Assembly: GCA_965214375.1 (NCBI GenBank)
Contig: OZ243947.1
Coordinates: 2,318,550 to 2,382,549 of the forward strand
Length of the DNA: 64,000 nt
Reading direction: 5' to 3'
Source of the DNA: Cellvibrionaceae bacterium
GTDB lineage: Bacteria > Pseudomonadota > Gammaproteobacteria > Pseudomonadales > Cellvibrionaceae
Part shown: positions 38,989-47,982 of the stretch, in pieces
How the letters are laid out: the number at the start of each line of letters is the position of its first letter
Position numbering within the stretch: position 1 is the first letter of the stretch
Notes under the pieces: model-generated
The model's input: only the letters and a program-made list of their open reading frames with translations
What the model was told of the DNA's origin: nothing
Database searches by the model: none
Position numbers and translations under genes: made by a program

Positions 38989-40244
38989 GAGTTGCCATTA
39001 TAGGAACCGGTATATCCGGTATGACAGCCGCTTATTTGCTGGCTAAAAAGCATGATGTTGTGGTTTATGAAAAAGCAGATCGTCTGGGCGGGCATACCGC
39101 GACCAAAGCCATTGAATACGCGGGTAAAGAATATGCAATTGATACCGGCTTTATCGTGTTTAATGATGGGACATACCCCAAATTTAAAAAGCTGTTAGCA
39201 GACATTGGTGTTGCTTATCAGCCTGCCTCCATGGGCTTTAGTGTGACTTGTGAGAAAACCGGTCTGGAATACAGTGGTAAATCCTTAAATACTCTGTTTG
39301 CACAGCGGGGTAATCTGTTTAAACGTTCACATTGGCGTATGCTGCAAGATATTTTGCGCTTTAACCGCGAGTCGCTGTCGCATATTGAACAAGGTGGTGA
39401 ATTTTTATCAATTACCTTGGGTCAATATTTACACCGTTTTAAGTATTCTTCCGTGTTTATGGATAAGTATTTAATGCCAATGGGGGCCGCCATATGGTCC
39501 TCGAGCACGGCGGCAATGAAAGATTTTCCGCTGCAATTCTTTGTACGATTTTTTAAAAATCATGGCTTGCTCAGTGTCAATGATCGACCACAGTGGCATG
39601 TCATTCAAGGTGGTTCACAACAATACATTGAGCCATTAACAGCCTCTTATAAACAGGCGGTGCGTTTGAATGCCGGGGTAGAATCCATACAGCGTAATGA
39701 AGGAAAAGTCGTTATAAGAACAAAGGCGGGAGATACAGAAGTATTTGATCAGATAGTGATTGCTACTCATAGTGATGAGGCGTTAGCATTGTTATCTGAC
39801 CCAAACCGCCAAGAGCAGGAGGTGTTGGGTGATATTGCTTATCGCAAAAATGAGGTGGTGCTGCATACCGATGAAACACTCTTGCCATCAAAGCGCATGA
39901 CATGGTCAAGTTGGAATTACCGTATAGTTGCAGATGACAATGCCGATGAAAAATTGCCTGTGTTGACATACAACATGAATATATTGCAATCACTACAAGC
40001 GCTTGCGACATTCTGTGTGACATTAAACCATACAGAGGCTATTGATGATAAAAAAATACTGGGTTGTTATCATTATTCCCATCCGGTGTTTACTCTGGAG
40101 GCATTGGCCGCGCAGTCGCGCTGGAAAGACATTCATGGCGTCAATAATACGTGGTATTGTGGTGCTTATTGGTTTAATGGTTTTCATGAGGATGGCGTTA
40201 AGAGTGCGGTGCGTGTTGCTAAGCATTTTGGGGTCAATTTATAA
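38985..40244 (+). CDS. FAD-dependent oxidoreductase (amine oxidase fold; fatty-acid desaturase-like partner of CFA operons)
   Basis: IGTGISG, IDTGFIVFN, YSHPVF and GFHEDG. Confidence 0.88.
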   Translation: MRVAIIGTGISGMTAAYLLAKKHDVVVYEKADRLGGHTATKAIEYAGKEYAIDTGFIVFNDGTYPKFKKLLADIGVAYQPASMGFSVTCEKTGLEYSGKSLNTLFAQRGNLFKRSHWRMLQDILRFNRESLSHIEQGGEFLSITLGQYLHRFKYSSVFMDKYLMPMGAAIWSSSTAAMKDFPLQFFVRFFKNHGLLSVNDRPQWHVIQGGSQQYIEPLTASYKQAVRLNAGVESIQRNEGKVVIRTKAGDTEVFDQIVIATHSDEALALLSDPNRQEQEVLGDIAYRKNEVVLHTDETLLPSKRMTWSSWNYRIVADDNADEKLPVLTYNMNILQSLQALATFCVTLNHTEAIDDKKILGCYHYSHPVFTLEALAAQSRWKDIHGVNNTWYCGAYWFNGFHEDGVKSAVRVAKHFGVNL

Positions 40245-40246
40245 CG

Positions 40247-41080
40247 ATGACAAACAGTGCAATTTACGAAGGCTTTGTGCGTCATCGTCGTTACACGCCT
40301 AAATATCATGGTTTTATTTACCGTGTTTTCATGGTTTATCTTGATCTTGATGAGCTGGACGATGTCTTTTCCAAAACCTGTTTGTGGTCAAACAAGGGCT
40401 TCTCTGTCAGTTGGTTCAAGCGTAAAGATTTTTTCGATGGGGATGAGAATCGTTCATTGTATGATGCGGTTGCGGATCAAGTAGAGAGTGAGCTGGATTT
40501 TCGTCCGCAAGGCCGCATTTGTATGTTGGCCAACCTACGTTATTTTGGCTATTTGATTAACCCGATTGTGTGTTATTACTGCTTTGATGAATCGGGTGAT
40601 AATTTGCAGGCAGTGGTGGCAGAAGTGACCAATACTCCTTGGGGGGAGCGCTGTCATTATGTGCTTGATATGCGTAAACAACCACAACACACGACAGTGG
40701 CGTTTGATAAAGCGATGCATGTATCACCGTTTCAACCAATGAATCTGGTTTATCATTGGCGAGGGAAGCAACCCAATAAAAACTTGTTGATACACTTTGA
40801 TGTGTTCTCGAAAACGAATAGCGATAAAGAAAAAGCGGTTTTTGATGCCACGTTGACAATGAAGCGACATGAAATGACCGCATCGTCTATGCGAAAGTTT
40901 GTGTTGCGGTATCCACTGATGACCGTAAAAGTGTTTGCGGCGATTTATTGGCAAGCCGTAAAATTGTGGTTCAAAGGTATTTCTTTCTTGGATCATCCGA
41001 CATCCACAATAAATAATAATGAAAAAACAAGTAGCGTTAAATTTTTACCAGGAGATAATAATGAAAGCAGCCAGTGTTGA
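40247..41080 (+). CDS. DUF1365 family protein
   Basis: AEVTNTPWGERCHY, FDKAMHVSPF and IYWQAVKLWFKG. Confidence 0.88.
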   Translation: MTNSAIYEGFVRHRRYTPKYHGFIYRVFMVYLDLDELDDVFSKTCLWSNKGFSVSWFKRKDFFDGDENRSLYDAVADQVESELDFRPQGRICMLANLRYFGYLINPIVCYYCFDESGDNLQAVVAEVTNTPWGERCHYVLDMRKQPQHTTVAFDKAMHVSPFQPMNLVYHWRGKQPNKNLLIHFDVFSKTNSDKEKAVFDATLTMKRHEMTASSMRKFVLRYPLMTVKVFAAIYWQAVKLWFKGISFLDHPTSTINNNEKTSSVKFLPGDNNESSQC

Positions 41081-42341
41081 TAAGGTTAAGCTGAATTTTA
41101 AAACATCCGAAAACACTTCTATCCTTGGCCGTTGGGCTAAAAAATTAGTGATACAGTGGTTGTCGCAGTTAACGACAGGTTATTTGCGAGTGGAAGATAA
41201 AGGCCAATGTTATGAATTTGGTCAACCTTCAACAGAGGCAACATTATCTGCGACGGTCACCATTCATAATACTATTGCTTATCGTGATATTGTTGCCAAT
41301 GGTTTAGTGGGCGCAGGTGAATCCTATATGCGTGGAGCTTGGTCAACATCGGACTTGGTGGCTGCAGTTCGTGTCTTTGCGGCTAATTTTGCGGATATGC
41401 ATCAAGCGGATAATTTACTGTCATTATTCAATCAATATTTTTCTGGTGTGTTACATCGTGTATTTCGTGCCAACAATAAAGCGAATGCACGTTTAAATAT
41501 TTCGGCTCACTATGATTTGGGTAATGACTTTTTTAAATTATTTCTTGATTCCAGCATGATGTACTCGGCAGCAATTTATCCTGATAAGCAAGCTTCCTTG
41601 GAACAAGCAGCAGCATATAAGTTGGACCATATTTGTCAGCGTTTACAGCTCAATGCCAGTGATCACCTGCTAGAAATAGGTACTGGATGGGGTGGTATGG
41701 CAATTTATGTGGCTAAACATTATGGCTGCCGTGTGACCACAACAACTATTTCGAAAGAGCAATATACCTATGCGTGCAAACAGGTTGCAGCACAGGGTTT
41801 ACAGGATCGCATTACGGTTTTACTGGATGATTATCGTGATCTTGAAGGGCAGTTTGATAAGTTGGTATCTATCGAAATGATAGAAGCCGTTGGGCATCAG
41901 TATTACAATAGTTACTTTACTATGTGCAGCCGTTTGCTGAAAGACAATGGGTTAATGTTGATTCAGGCTATTACCTTGCCAGATCAACGTTATCATCAAA
42001 CACTAAAGAGCGCTGACTTTATTCAGCGCTATATTTTCCCGGGAGGCGAACTCCCTTGTGTTGATGTTTTAGCGAGCAATATTACAGAAAATACGAATAT
42101 GCAGATCGTAGGGTTAGATGATATCACTCTGGATTATGCTAAAACGTTACAGCACTGGCGCGAGCGTTTTCTGGATCGGCTTGAGCATGTCAAAGCACAA
42201 GGTTTTGATGATGTCTTTATTCGGATGTGGGAATTTTATCTGGCCTACTGTGAAGGTGGTTTTAGAGAACGCTCCATTAGCACCATACAAATGTTAATGG
42301 CTAAACCACGTTGCCAACTTCTGCCTAATGTTACGCATTAG
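41061..42341 (+). CDS. Cyclopropane-fatty-acyl-phospholipid synthase family methyltransferase
   Basis: HYDLGNDFF, LEIGTGWG, SIEMIEAVG and YIFPGG. Confidence 0.93.
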   Translation: MKAASVDKVKLNFKTSENTSILGRWAKKLVIQWLSQLTTGYLRVEDKGQCYEFGQPSTEATLSATVTIHNTIAYRDIVANGLVGAGESYMRGAWSTSDLVAAVRVFAANFADMHQADNLLSLFNQYFSGVLHRVFRANNKANARLNISAHYDLGNDFFKLFLDSSMMYSAAIYPDKQASLEQAAAYKLDHICQRLQLNASDHLLEIGTGWGGMAIYVAKHYGCRVTTTTISKEQYTYACKQVAAQGLQDRITVLLDDYRDLEGQFDKLVSIEMIEAVGHQYYNSYFTMCSRLLKDNGLMLIQAITLPDQRYHQTLKSADFIQRYIFPGGELPCVDVLASNITENTNMQIVGLDDITLDYAKTLQHWRERFLDRLEHVKAQGFDDVFIRMWEFYLAYCEGGFRERSISTIQMLMAKPRCQLLPNVTH

Positions 42342-42834
42342 TAATTTTTTATTATTCCAAGCTGGTTGGTTTGCTTGTGTATTGCTGGGTGATGCTTGGG
42401 CTGTTGCGACAACATTAACGATTGTGTTGGTACATTGTCTTTGGGTTGTCAGGTTTTCCGAGATTTCCGTGTCCCGGGAATTAAGCTGGATTTTATGTGT
42501 CTTATTTTGTGGCTTGCTACTGGAATCGCTATATTTTGGTGCTGGCATTCTGGTGAGGCAGGACGGCATAACATTCCCACCTATATGGTTGTTATGTATC
42601 TGGGTGTTGTTCGCAACAGTGATTCGTTTTAGTTTGGCGTGGTTGCGCGCGCGTTTATTGTTGGCGGCTATTTGTGCCGCGATTTCCGGCCCTTCCAGTT
42701 ATTATGCCGGTGCACTAATGAATGTAAAGGTTGATATAGGGCAGCCCATCGTCTTCAGCTTAGTGTTTATTGGCATAATTTGGTTGCTGGTTTTTCCAAC
42801 ATTAATGTTTTTTTCTAAGCCTTCGATCAATTGA
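42328..42834 (+). CDS. DUF2878 family membrane protein
   Basis: NFLLFQAGWFACV...PIWLLCIW...GPSSYYAG. Confidence 0.82.
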   Translation: MLRISNFLLFQAGWFACVLLGDAWAVATTLTIVLVHCLWVVRFSEISVSRELSWILCVLFCGLLLESLYFGAGILVRQDGITFPPIWLLCIWVLFATVIRFSLAWLRARLLLAAICAAISGPSSYYAGALMNVKVDIGQPIVFSLVFIGIIWLLVFPTLMFFSKPSIN

Positions 42835-42847
42835 CTGTGGTTAAAAA

Positions 42848-43746
42848 ATGATGATTTATTTGCGTCAATTATATTTTTTATCGTACTGTGGGTTTGTGGT
42901 ATATGCACTATTTTTTCCCAATATGTTAAGTGCTGAAAATATTAACTATTTGCCTGAAGAGGCGACCGAGGTCTGTTCACTGTCTGACAATGTCAGTGTC
43001 ATTGGTAGTGCGTACAATGAACAGGGTGATTGGGTGTATTGTGAATATTATTCTTTTGATGTGTCGGGGAATATGCTGGTCAGTTATGTTAATAAAAATT
43101 GAGATCTGATCGTTGAAAAAAAATTAACGCTAAGCTCTGATGTCAAACGCCCGTCGGTCCAGCAATTTGATTTCAGGTCTGGTGAAGTACGTTCTGCCGA
43201 TGTTGGCAAAAAGGATAATGGCGAACAAGTCGACGTAACGTATCAAAAAATACTACTGCGCAAAAAATTTATTTTAGTATCGATATTATGCCAGATTTGG
43301 TGATAGATGCCGGTTTTTATAGCGCTATTGAGCAAAGCTGGGATACGTTAATAAGCGGACAACGTTTGCGTGTTAAGTTTCTATCGTTAGTCAATGGTAA
43401 GGTCTATGCCTTAAGGGTAGACAGGGCCAAAAATTCTCGTTGCGTTAAAAAAATTGTTAATCCTGATTATGTATGCTTTGTCGTAAAATCAACAATCGCT
43501 ATTGTTAACTGGTTTGTTAAACCTATTCGCTTACTTTATCATTTGCCAACTAGAAAACTGGTGCAATTTTCCGGTCAGGTTAATATCCTTGATACTGAAG
43601 GTAATACGCAGTGGGCCATGATCCGTTATCGTCATTTTGAAGCCATTTTTTATTGCGTTGCATTTTTTACGGAAAAGTATTGTTTATCTTCTAAACGCAT
43701 GGCGGTCAAACAACCACCCCAAACACAGCCGGTATCCAGTGCATAG
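42848..43746 (+). pseudogene. Disrupted secreted hypothetical protein (last gene of the sigmaE operon)
   Basis: Signal peptide ORF stops at TGA 43100-43102; the frame continues, then shifts near 43270 into the 43288 ORF. Confidence 0.55.
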
Positions 43747-44465
43747 ACATTTTCGTCATATGCCTTGCCTTCAAGTGCTGCCCAGTGACCAAAAATAATG
43801 GCGTCATCCGATGTTTTACGTTGGTAATGTTCAAACCAGGGTGCATAGCCATCGGGAGCGTCGTGAATACTTGATTTGCTCTCAAGTTCGAGCTTTCCCT
43901 CCGCATTACAAAATCGCATTCTTGTGAAATAGTTAGTAATGACGCGCCAGCGTTCAGTATCTGTCATCTCTTTTTTCCAGCGAGCCGGTTTGTTGCCATA
44001 CATGGTGAGGAAGAAAGTGTCCTTACGTTCACTGCGTAATATCGCTTCAACTTCTTGTGCGCGTTTTTTGGCTTTTTTGAGTGACCATTGTGGAGGAATG
44101 CCAGCGTGAACCATCGTGTAGTTCAAGCGTGGATCATAATGTAATAATGGCTGCTGAGAAAGCCAGAATAATAGCTCATTTTTATCTGGTGCGCCTAATA
44201 TCTCATCGAGCGTATCTGCATGAGAGGGTTTTCTAAAGCCCGCATTAATGGCCAATAGATGTAAATCATGATTGCCGAGTACGACAATAATACGCTCACG
44301 TAATGAGTAGATATAACGCAGGGTTTGCAATGATTCAGGGCCGCGGTTTACGAGGTCGCCTGTGAGCCACAGGGTATCTTGTTGTGGATCAAAGGCAATT
44401 TTTTTTAACAGTTTTTTAAAGGGCGTTAAGCAGCCATGAAGATCACCAATTGCATAGGTAGCCAT
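43650..44465 (-). CDS. apaH: Symmetrical bis(5'-nucleosyl)-tetraphosphatase
   Basis: YAIGDLHGC, GDLVNRGP, GNHDLHL and LDTGCVWGG. Confidence 0.97.
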   Translation of the reverse strand: MATYAIGDLHGCLTPFKKLLKKIAFDPQQDTLWLTGDLVNRGPESLQTLRYIYSLRERIIVVLGNHDLHLLAINAGFRKPSHADTLDEILGAPDKNELLFWLSQQPLLHYDPRLNYTMVHAGIPPQWSLKKAKKRAQEVEAILRSERKDTFFLTMYGNKPARWKKEMTDTERWRVITNYFTRMRFCNAEGKLELESKSSIHDAPDGYAPWFEHYQRKTSDDAIIFGHWAALEGKAYDENVYALDTGCVWGGCLTAMRLEDKQYFSVKNATQ

Positions 44466-44483
44466 AAACCCTCTTTGAAATAG

Positions 44484-44861
44484 TCAGTGTAGTGCTTGAG
44501 GTCTTGCCAGTGAAACAGTGGGTATAGGCACTTCAAATAATACGCCATTATCAGCACGCATAGTATAGCTGCCTTCCATAGTACCTACGTTAGTTTCGAG
44601 TAATGCATGACTGCTGTAACTATATTTTTCACCTGGTGGAATATAAGGCTGTTCGCCTACAACACCCTCGCCGATGACTTCCTGCACTTTTTCTTTGGCA
44701 TCGGTAATAATCCAATGTCGACTCAGGAGTTGTGTGCTAACCGTACTACAATTCTCGATGTTGATAGTATAAGAAAAAGCAAAGCGTTGTTTTTCTGGTT
44801 GCGACTGTTTATCAAGATAAGATGTCTTAACGGTCACTTTTATATTAAATTCATCAGTCAT
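44484..44861 (-). CDS. apaG: ApaG protein
   Basis: LLSRHWIITD...GEGVVGEQP. Confidence 0.96.
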   Translation of the reverse strand: MTDEFNIKVTVKTSYLDKQSQPEKQRFAFSYTINIENCSTVSTQLLSRHWIITDAKEKVQEVIGEGVVGEQPYIPPGEKYSYSSHALLETNVGTMEGSYTMRADNGVLFEVPIPTVSLARPQALH

Positions 44862-45663
44862 GGTTTAAGTTATATAAATGGTTGCTGAGATTAACGAAGT
44901 TCGCGATGGAAAGATTTTCCGGGCGCAAATTGGTGTCAATATCGAGCGTTGCGATGGTATATGTGTTGATTATTTGTTTTAACGTATTTCGTAGCGTTTT
45001 TCTACGTTGCTGGAAACACAGGTTAACGATATGTGAGAAAAAATCAACATCTTTGGCAATATGAGGTAATTCTTTGTGAGGCTCCAATCTGACAATCGCT
45101 GATTCTACTTTGGTTTGTGGGCTAAAGCTTTCCGGATGTACATCGAAAAGATGTTCTACACGGCAGTAATACTGCACCATGATGCCTAGACGGCCATAAT
45201 GTTTTTCACCTGCTTGCGCAGTGAGTCTTTGCACGACTTCTTTTTGCAACATAAATAACATATCTTCTATACCGGATTGATGTTGCAGTAAGTGGAAAAT
45301 TAATGGTGTAGAGATGTTGTAAGGCAAATTGCCGACGATGCGTAATGGTTTGTCGTCGGCCATAAGTGATGCAAAATCAAATTTCAGAGCATCTTCCTGA
45401 TGGATTTTGAAGTGAGGGTATTTTGAAAATTGTGCGATTAAAACGGGAATAAGATCTCTGTCCAGTTCTATCACCTGTAGTTGCGGACATAATTCAATTA
45501 ACTGTTGAGTAATGGCCCCTTTGCCGGGACCGATTTCTATTATGCGATCATCAGGCCTAGCGCTAATGCTCGTGACAATACGCCTGATAATATCCTGATT
45601 GGTTAAGAAATTTTGCCCAAAGCGTTTACGTGCTTTATGTTCAGTGGGGTGTGATTTGCTCAT
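44854..45663 (-). CDS. rsmA: 16S rRNA m6,6A1518/1519 dimethyltransferase
   Basis: ARKRFGQNFL, EIGPG and GNLPYNISTP. Confidence 0.97.
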   Translation of the reverse strand: MSKSHPTEHKARKRFGQNFLTNQDIIRRIVTSISARPDDRIIEIGPGKGAITQQLIELCPQLQVIELDRDLIPVLIAQFSKYPHFKIHQEDALKFDFASLMADDKPLRIVGNLPYNISTPLIFHLLQHQSGIEDMLFMLQKEVVQRLTAQAGEKHYGRLGIMVQYYCRVEHLFDVHPESFSPQTKVESAIVRLEPHKELPHIAKDVDFFSHIVNLCFQQRRKTLRNTLKQIINTYTIATLDIDTNLRPENLSIANFVNLSNHLYNLNHD

Positions 45664-46661
45664 CCTGTTTTTCCGTTAGACATGTCCATGGCATAATCAA
45701 TTGCGGTCGTTAAGCTACCCATATCAATGTGTCCCGTACCTGCCAAATCAAGGGCTGTTCCATGGTCGACAGAGGTACGGATAATGGGGAGTCCCAAGGT
45801 AATATTGGCAGCCGCACCAAAGCCCTTATATTTAAGGACGGGTAGTCCTTGATCATGGTACATGGCCAGAACGGCATCAGCATGCTCGAGGTGTTTGGCG
45901 GTAAATAACGTGTCTGCGGGTAGCGGCCCATGACAGATTATGCCTTCAGTGTTTAATTCTTCCAATGCCGGAATAATTGTATCAATTTCTTCTGTACCCA
46001 GATGACCATTTTCACCTGCATGAGGATTAAGTCCGCAAACCAGTATGTTGGGGTGCTTTATGGAGAACTTTTCTTGTAAATCGGTATGTAAAATTATCAG
46101 TGTGTTTTTTAATGATTCCTTTTGAATTGCCTCGGGCACATCTTTAAGAGGCAGGTGTGTGGTTGCCAGTGCAACCCGTAAACCGGATGTTGCCAATAAC
46201 ATGACCACCTGCTTGGTATGTGTTTGTTCTGCCAGATACTCCGTGTGACCACTAAAAGCAATACCACCCTCATTGATGAGGCTTTTTTGAATCGGACCTG
46301 TTACCATGGCATGTGCTTGTCGTTGCTGACATGCAGTAATGGCTTTATCTAAGGTGTTTAATATGTTGCGGGCATTGCGGCTGTCAGGCGCTCCCGGTGT
46401 AACGGGTGTTGCCATTTTTTCCGGGATAAAAGCTAATTCTTTTGTTCGTAAAGTCTGAGGTGGATTGTTAAGATTAATTTCACGTAGATAGATTTCTTGT
46501 TTGAGTATTTCCGCTCTCTCTAATAATAATTCTGGATCGCTAATGACGACAAACTCATGAGGAGCCATATTGGTTTTAAATTTTCTAGCGGCATATAAAA
46601 TAGCAAGATCAGGTCCAATTCCAGCCGGTTCGCCAGCGGTATAAAGAAGCCGCTTAATCAA
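45660..46661 (-). CDS. pdxA: 4-hydroxythreonine-4-phosphate dehydrogenase
   Basis: GEPAGIGPD, GHTEYL, LNPHAGE and YHDQGL; TTG start overlaps the surA stop. Confidence 0.96.
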   Translation of the reverse strand: MIKRLLYTAGEPAGIGPDLAILYAARKFKTNMAPHEFVVISDPELLLERAEILKQEIYLREINLNNPPQTLRTKELAFIPEKMATPVTPGAPDSRNARNILNTLDKAITACQQRQAHAMVTGPIQKSLINEGGIAFSGHTEYLAEQTHTKQVVMLLATSGLRVALATTHLPLKDVPEAIQKESLKNTLIILHTDLQEKFSIKHPNILVCGLNPHAGENGHLGTEEIDTIIPALEELNTEGIICHGPLPADTLFTAKHLEHADAVLAMYHDQGLPVLKYKGFGAAANITLGLPIIRTSVDHGTALDLAGTGHIDMGSLTTAIDYAMDMSNGKTG

Positions 46662-47950
46662 ATGAGTATTTCCACATAAGTGTTTTCTCGCAACTCCTGC
46701 AGCCAAATGTTTAATTCGTCATGAAAGCGCTGTCGACGTAAAAAGTTAGCCGCTTGATTACGTTTGACATCATCAAAAATATCTTTTTTGCGACTGTTTT
46801 CTACTTTTAATATATGCCAGCCAAACTGTGAGCGAAAGGGTTTGCTCACTTTGCCTGAAGGTGTTTTTTGCATGGCGATTTCGAATTCTTTAACAAATTT
46901 TCCGGGTATAGACCAATCCAAGTATCCGCCATCCAGTTTGGAGCCAATGTCCTCAGAAAATTCTTTGGCTAGTGCATTAAAATCTTCTCCAGATGTGGTG
47001 CGTGAATATAAACTTTGAATTTTATTTTTCGCTTCTTCTTCAGTGAAAAGTTCGGTGACTTTAACGAGTATATGTCGTGTCTCATATTGAGTAACCACAA
47101 CAGGTTGTGCTCCACGACGATCAAGGACTTTTAAAATATGAATTCCTGCATCACTGCTAAAGGGGGGGGTTATATCTCCGCGTTGTAATGATGTCACTTG
47201 TCTAGAAAATAGTTCGGGCATGTCTTCTTTTTTTAAGATGCCCATATCTCCACCCTTGCCAGCATTGGGTCCTTTAGAATATTTTTGTGCTATTTTGCCA
47301 AAATTGGTTTCTGGGTTTTGCAGTAATGTGTAAATTCTTTGTGCTTGTTTGCGAATACGTTTTTTATTTTTAATGGTCGTTGGCAAAAAAATATGTCCAA
47401 TATGAAATTTCGGCTCGATCCAGTTTTTACCTTCTGTAGATTTGAGAAAGGTATCAATTTCTTTTTCAGTAATACGAATGCGTTGGTTGACAACGGCATT
47501 TTGGAGTCGATCAATAAGAAGACTATTGCGAATTTGTTGGGCAAAATTTTCTTGGGTGATTTTTTGATTTTTTAGGTACTCTGAAATAGAAACTCCCTGT
47601 TGGCGAATATTTTTTTCGGCGTTGCGTAGTGATTGATTGAGCTCTTCTTCATTGATAACAATGTTCGCTTTTGTGGCAAGGTCAAGTTGTATCTTTTCAA
47701 GAATCAATAACTCTAAAGCACGATTTTCAATGCTTGCTTTGCTGGCCTTTTGTCCCCTGCTGGTTAGAGAGCGTGTAATTAGATTTTTTTTATGTTGTAG
47801 CTCGCTTTTAAAAATGACGTCATCACCAACGACAGTAACGACTTCATCGATTTTCTTATAGGCTAGAGCATTATGGCTCGCCAATACTAAAGTTGCCAAC
47901 AAGAAATATTGTAGGATTGATTTTTTAAAAAATAAATTGATTAAGAACAT
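46658..47950 (-). CDS. surA: Periplasmic chaperone/PPIase SurA
   Basis: Two parvulin domains (GGDMG, GGYLDW, FGWHILKV); lies between lptD and pdxA. Confidence 0.9.
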   Translation of the reverse strand: MFLINLFFKKSILQYFLLATLVLASHNALAYKKIDEVVTVVGDDVIFKSELQHKKNLITRSLTSRGQKASKASIENRALELLILEKIQLDLATKANIVINEEELNQSLRNAEKNIRQQGVSISEYLKNQKITQENFAQQIRNSLLIDRLQNAVVNQRIRITEKEIDTFLKSTEGKNWIEPKFHIGHIFLPTTIKNKKRIRKQAQRIYTLLQNPETNFGKIAQKYSKGPNAGKGGDMGILKKEDMPELFSRQVTSLQRGDITPPFSSDAGIHILKVLDRRGAQPVVVTQYETRHILVKVTELFTEEEAKNKIQSLYSRTTSGEDFNALAKEFSEDIGSKLDGGYLDWSIPGKFVKEFEIAMQKTPSGKVSKPFRSQFGWHILKVENSRKKDIFDDVKRNQAANFLRRQRFHDELNIWLQELRENTYVEILI

Positions 47951-47982
47951 AATTTAATTACAAGCGATAATTATAGTTAAAA

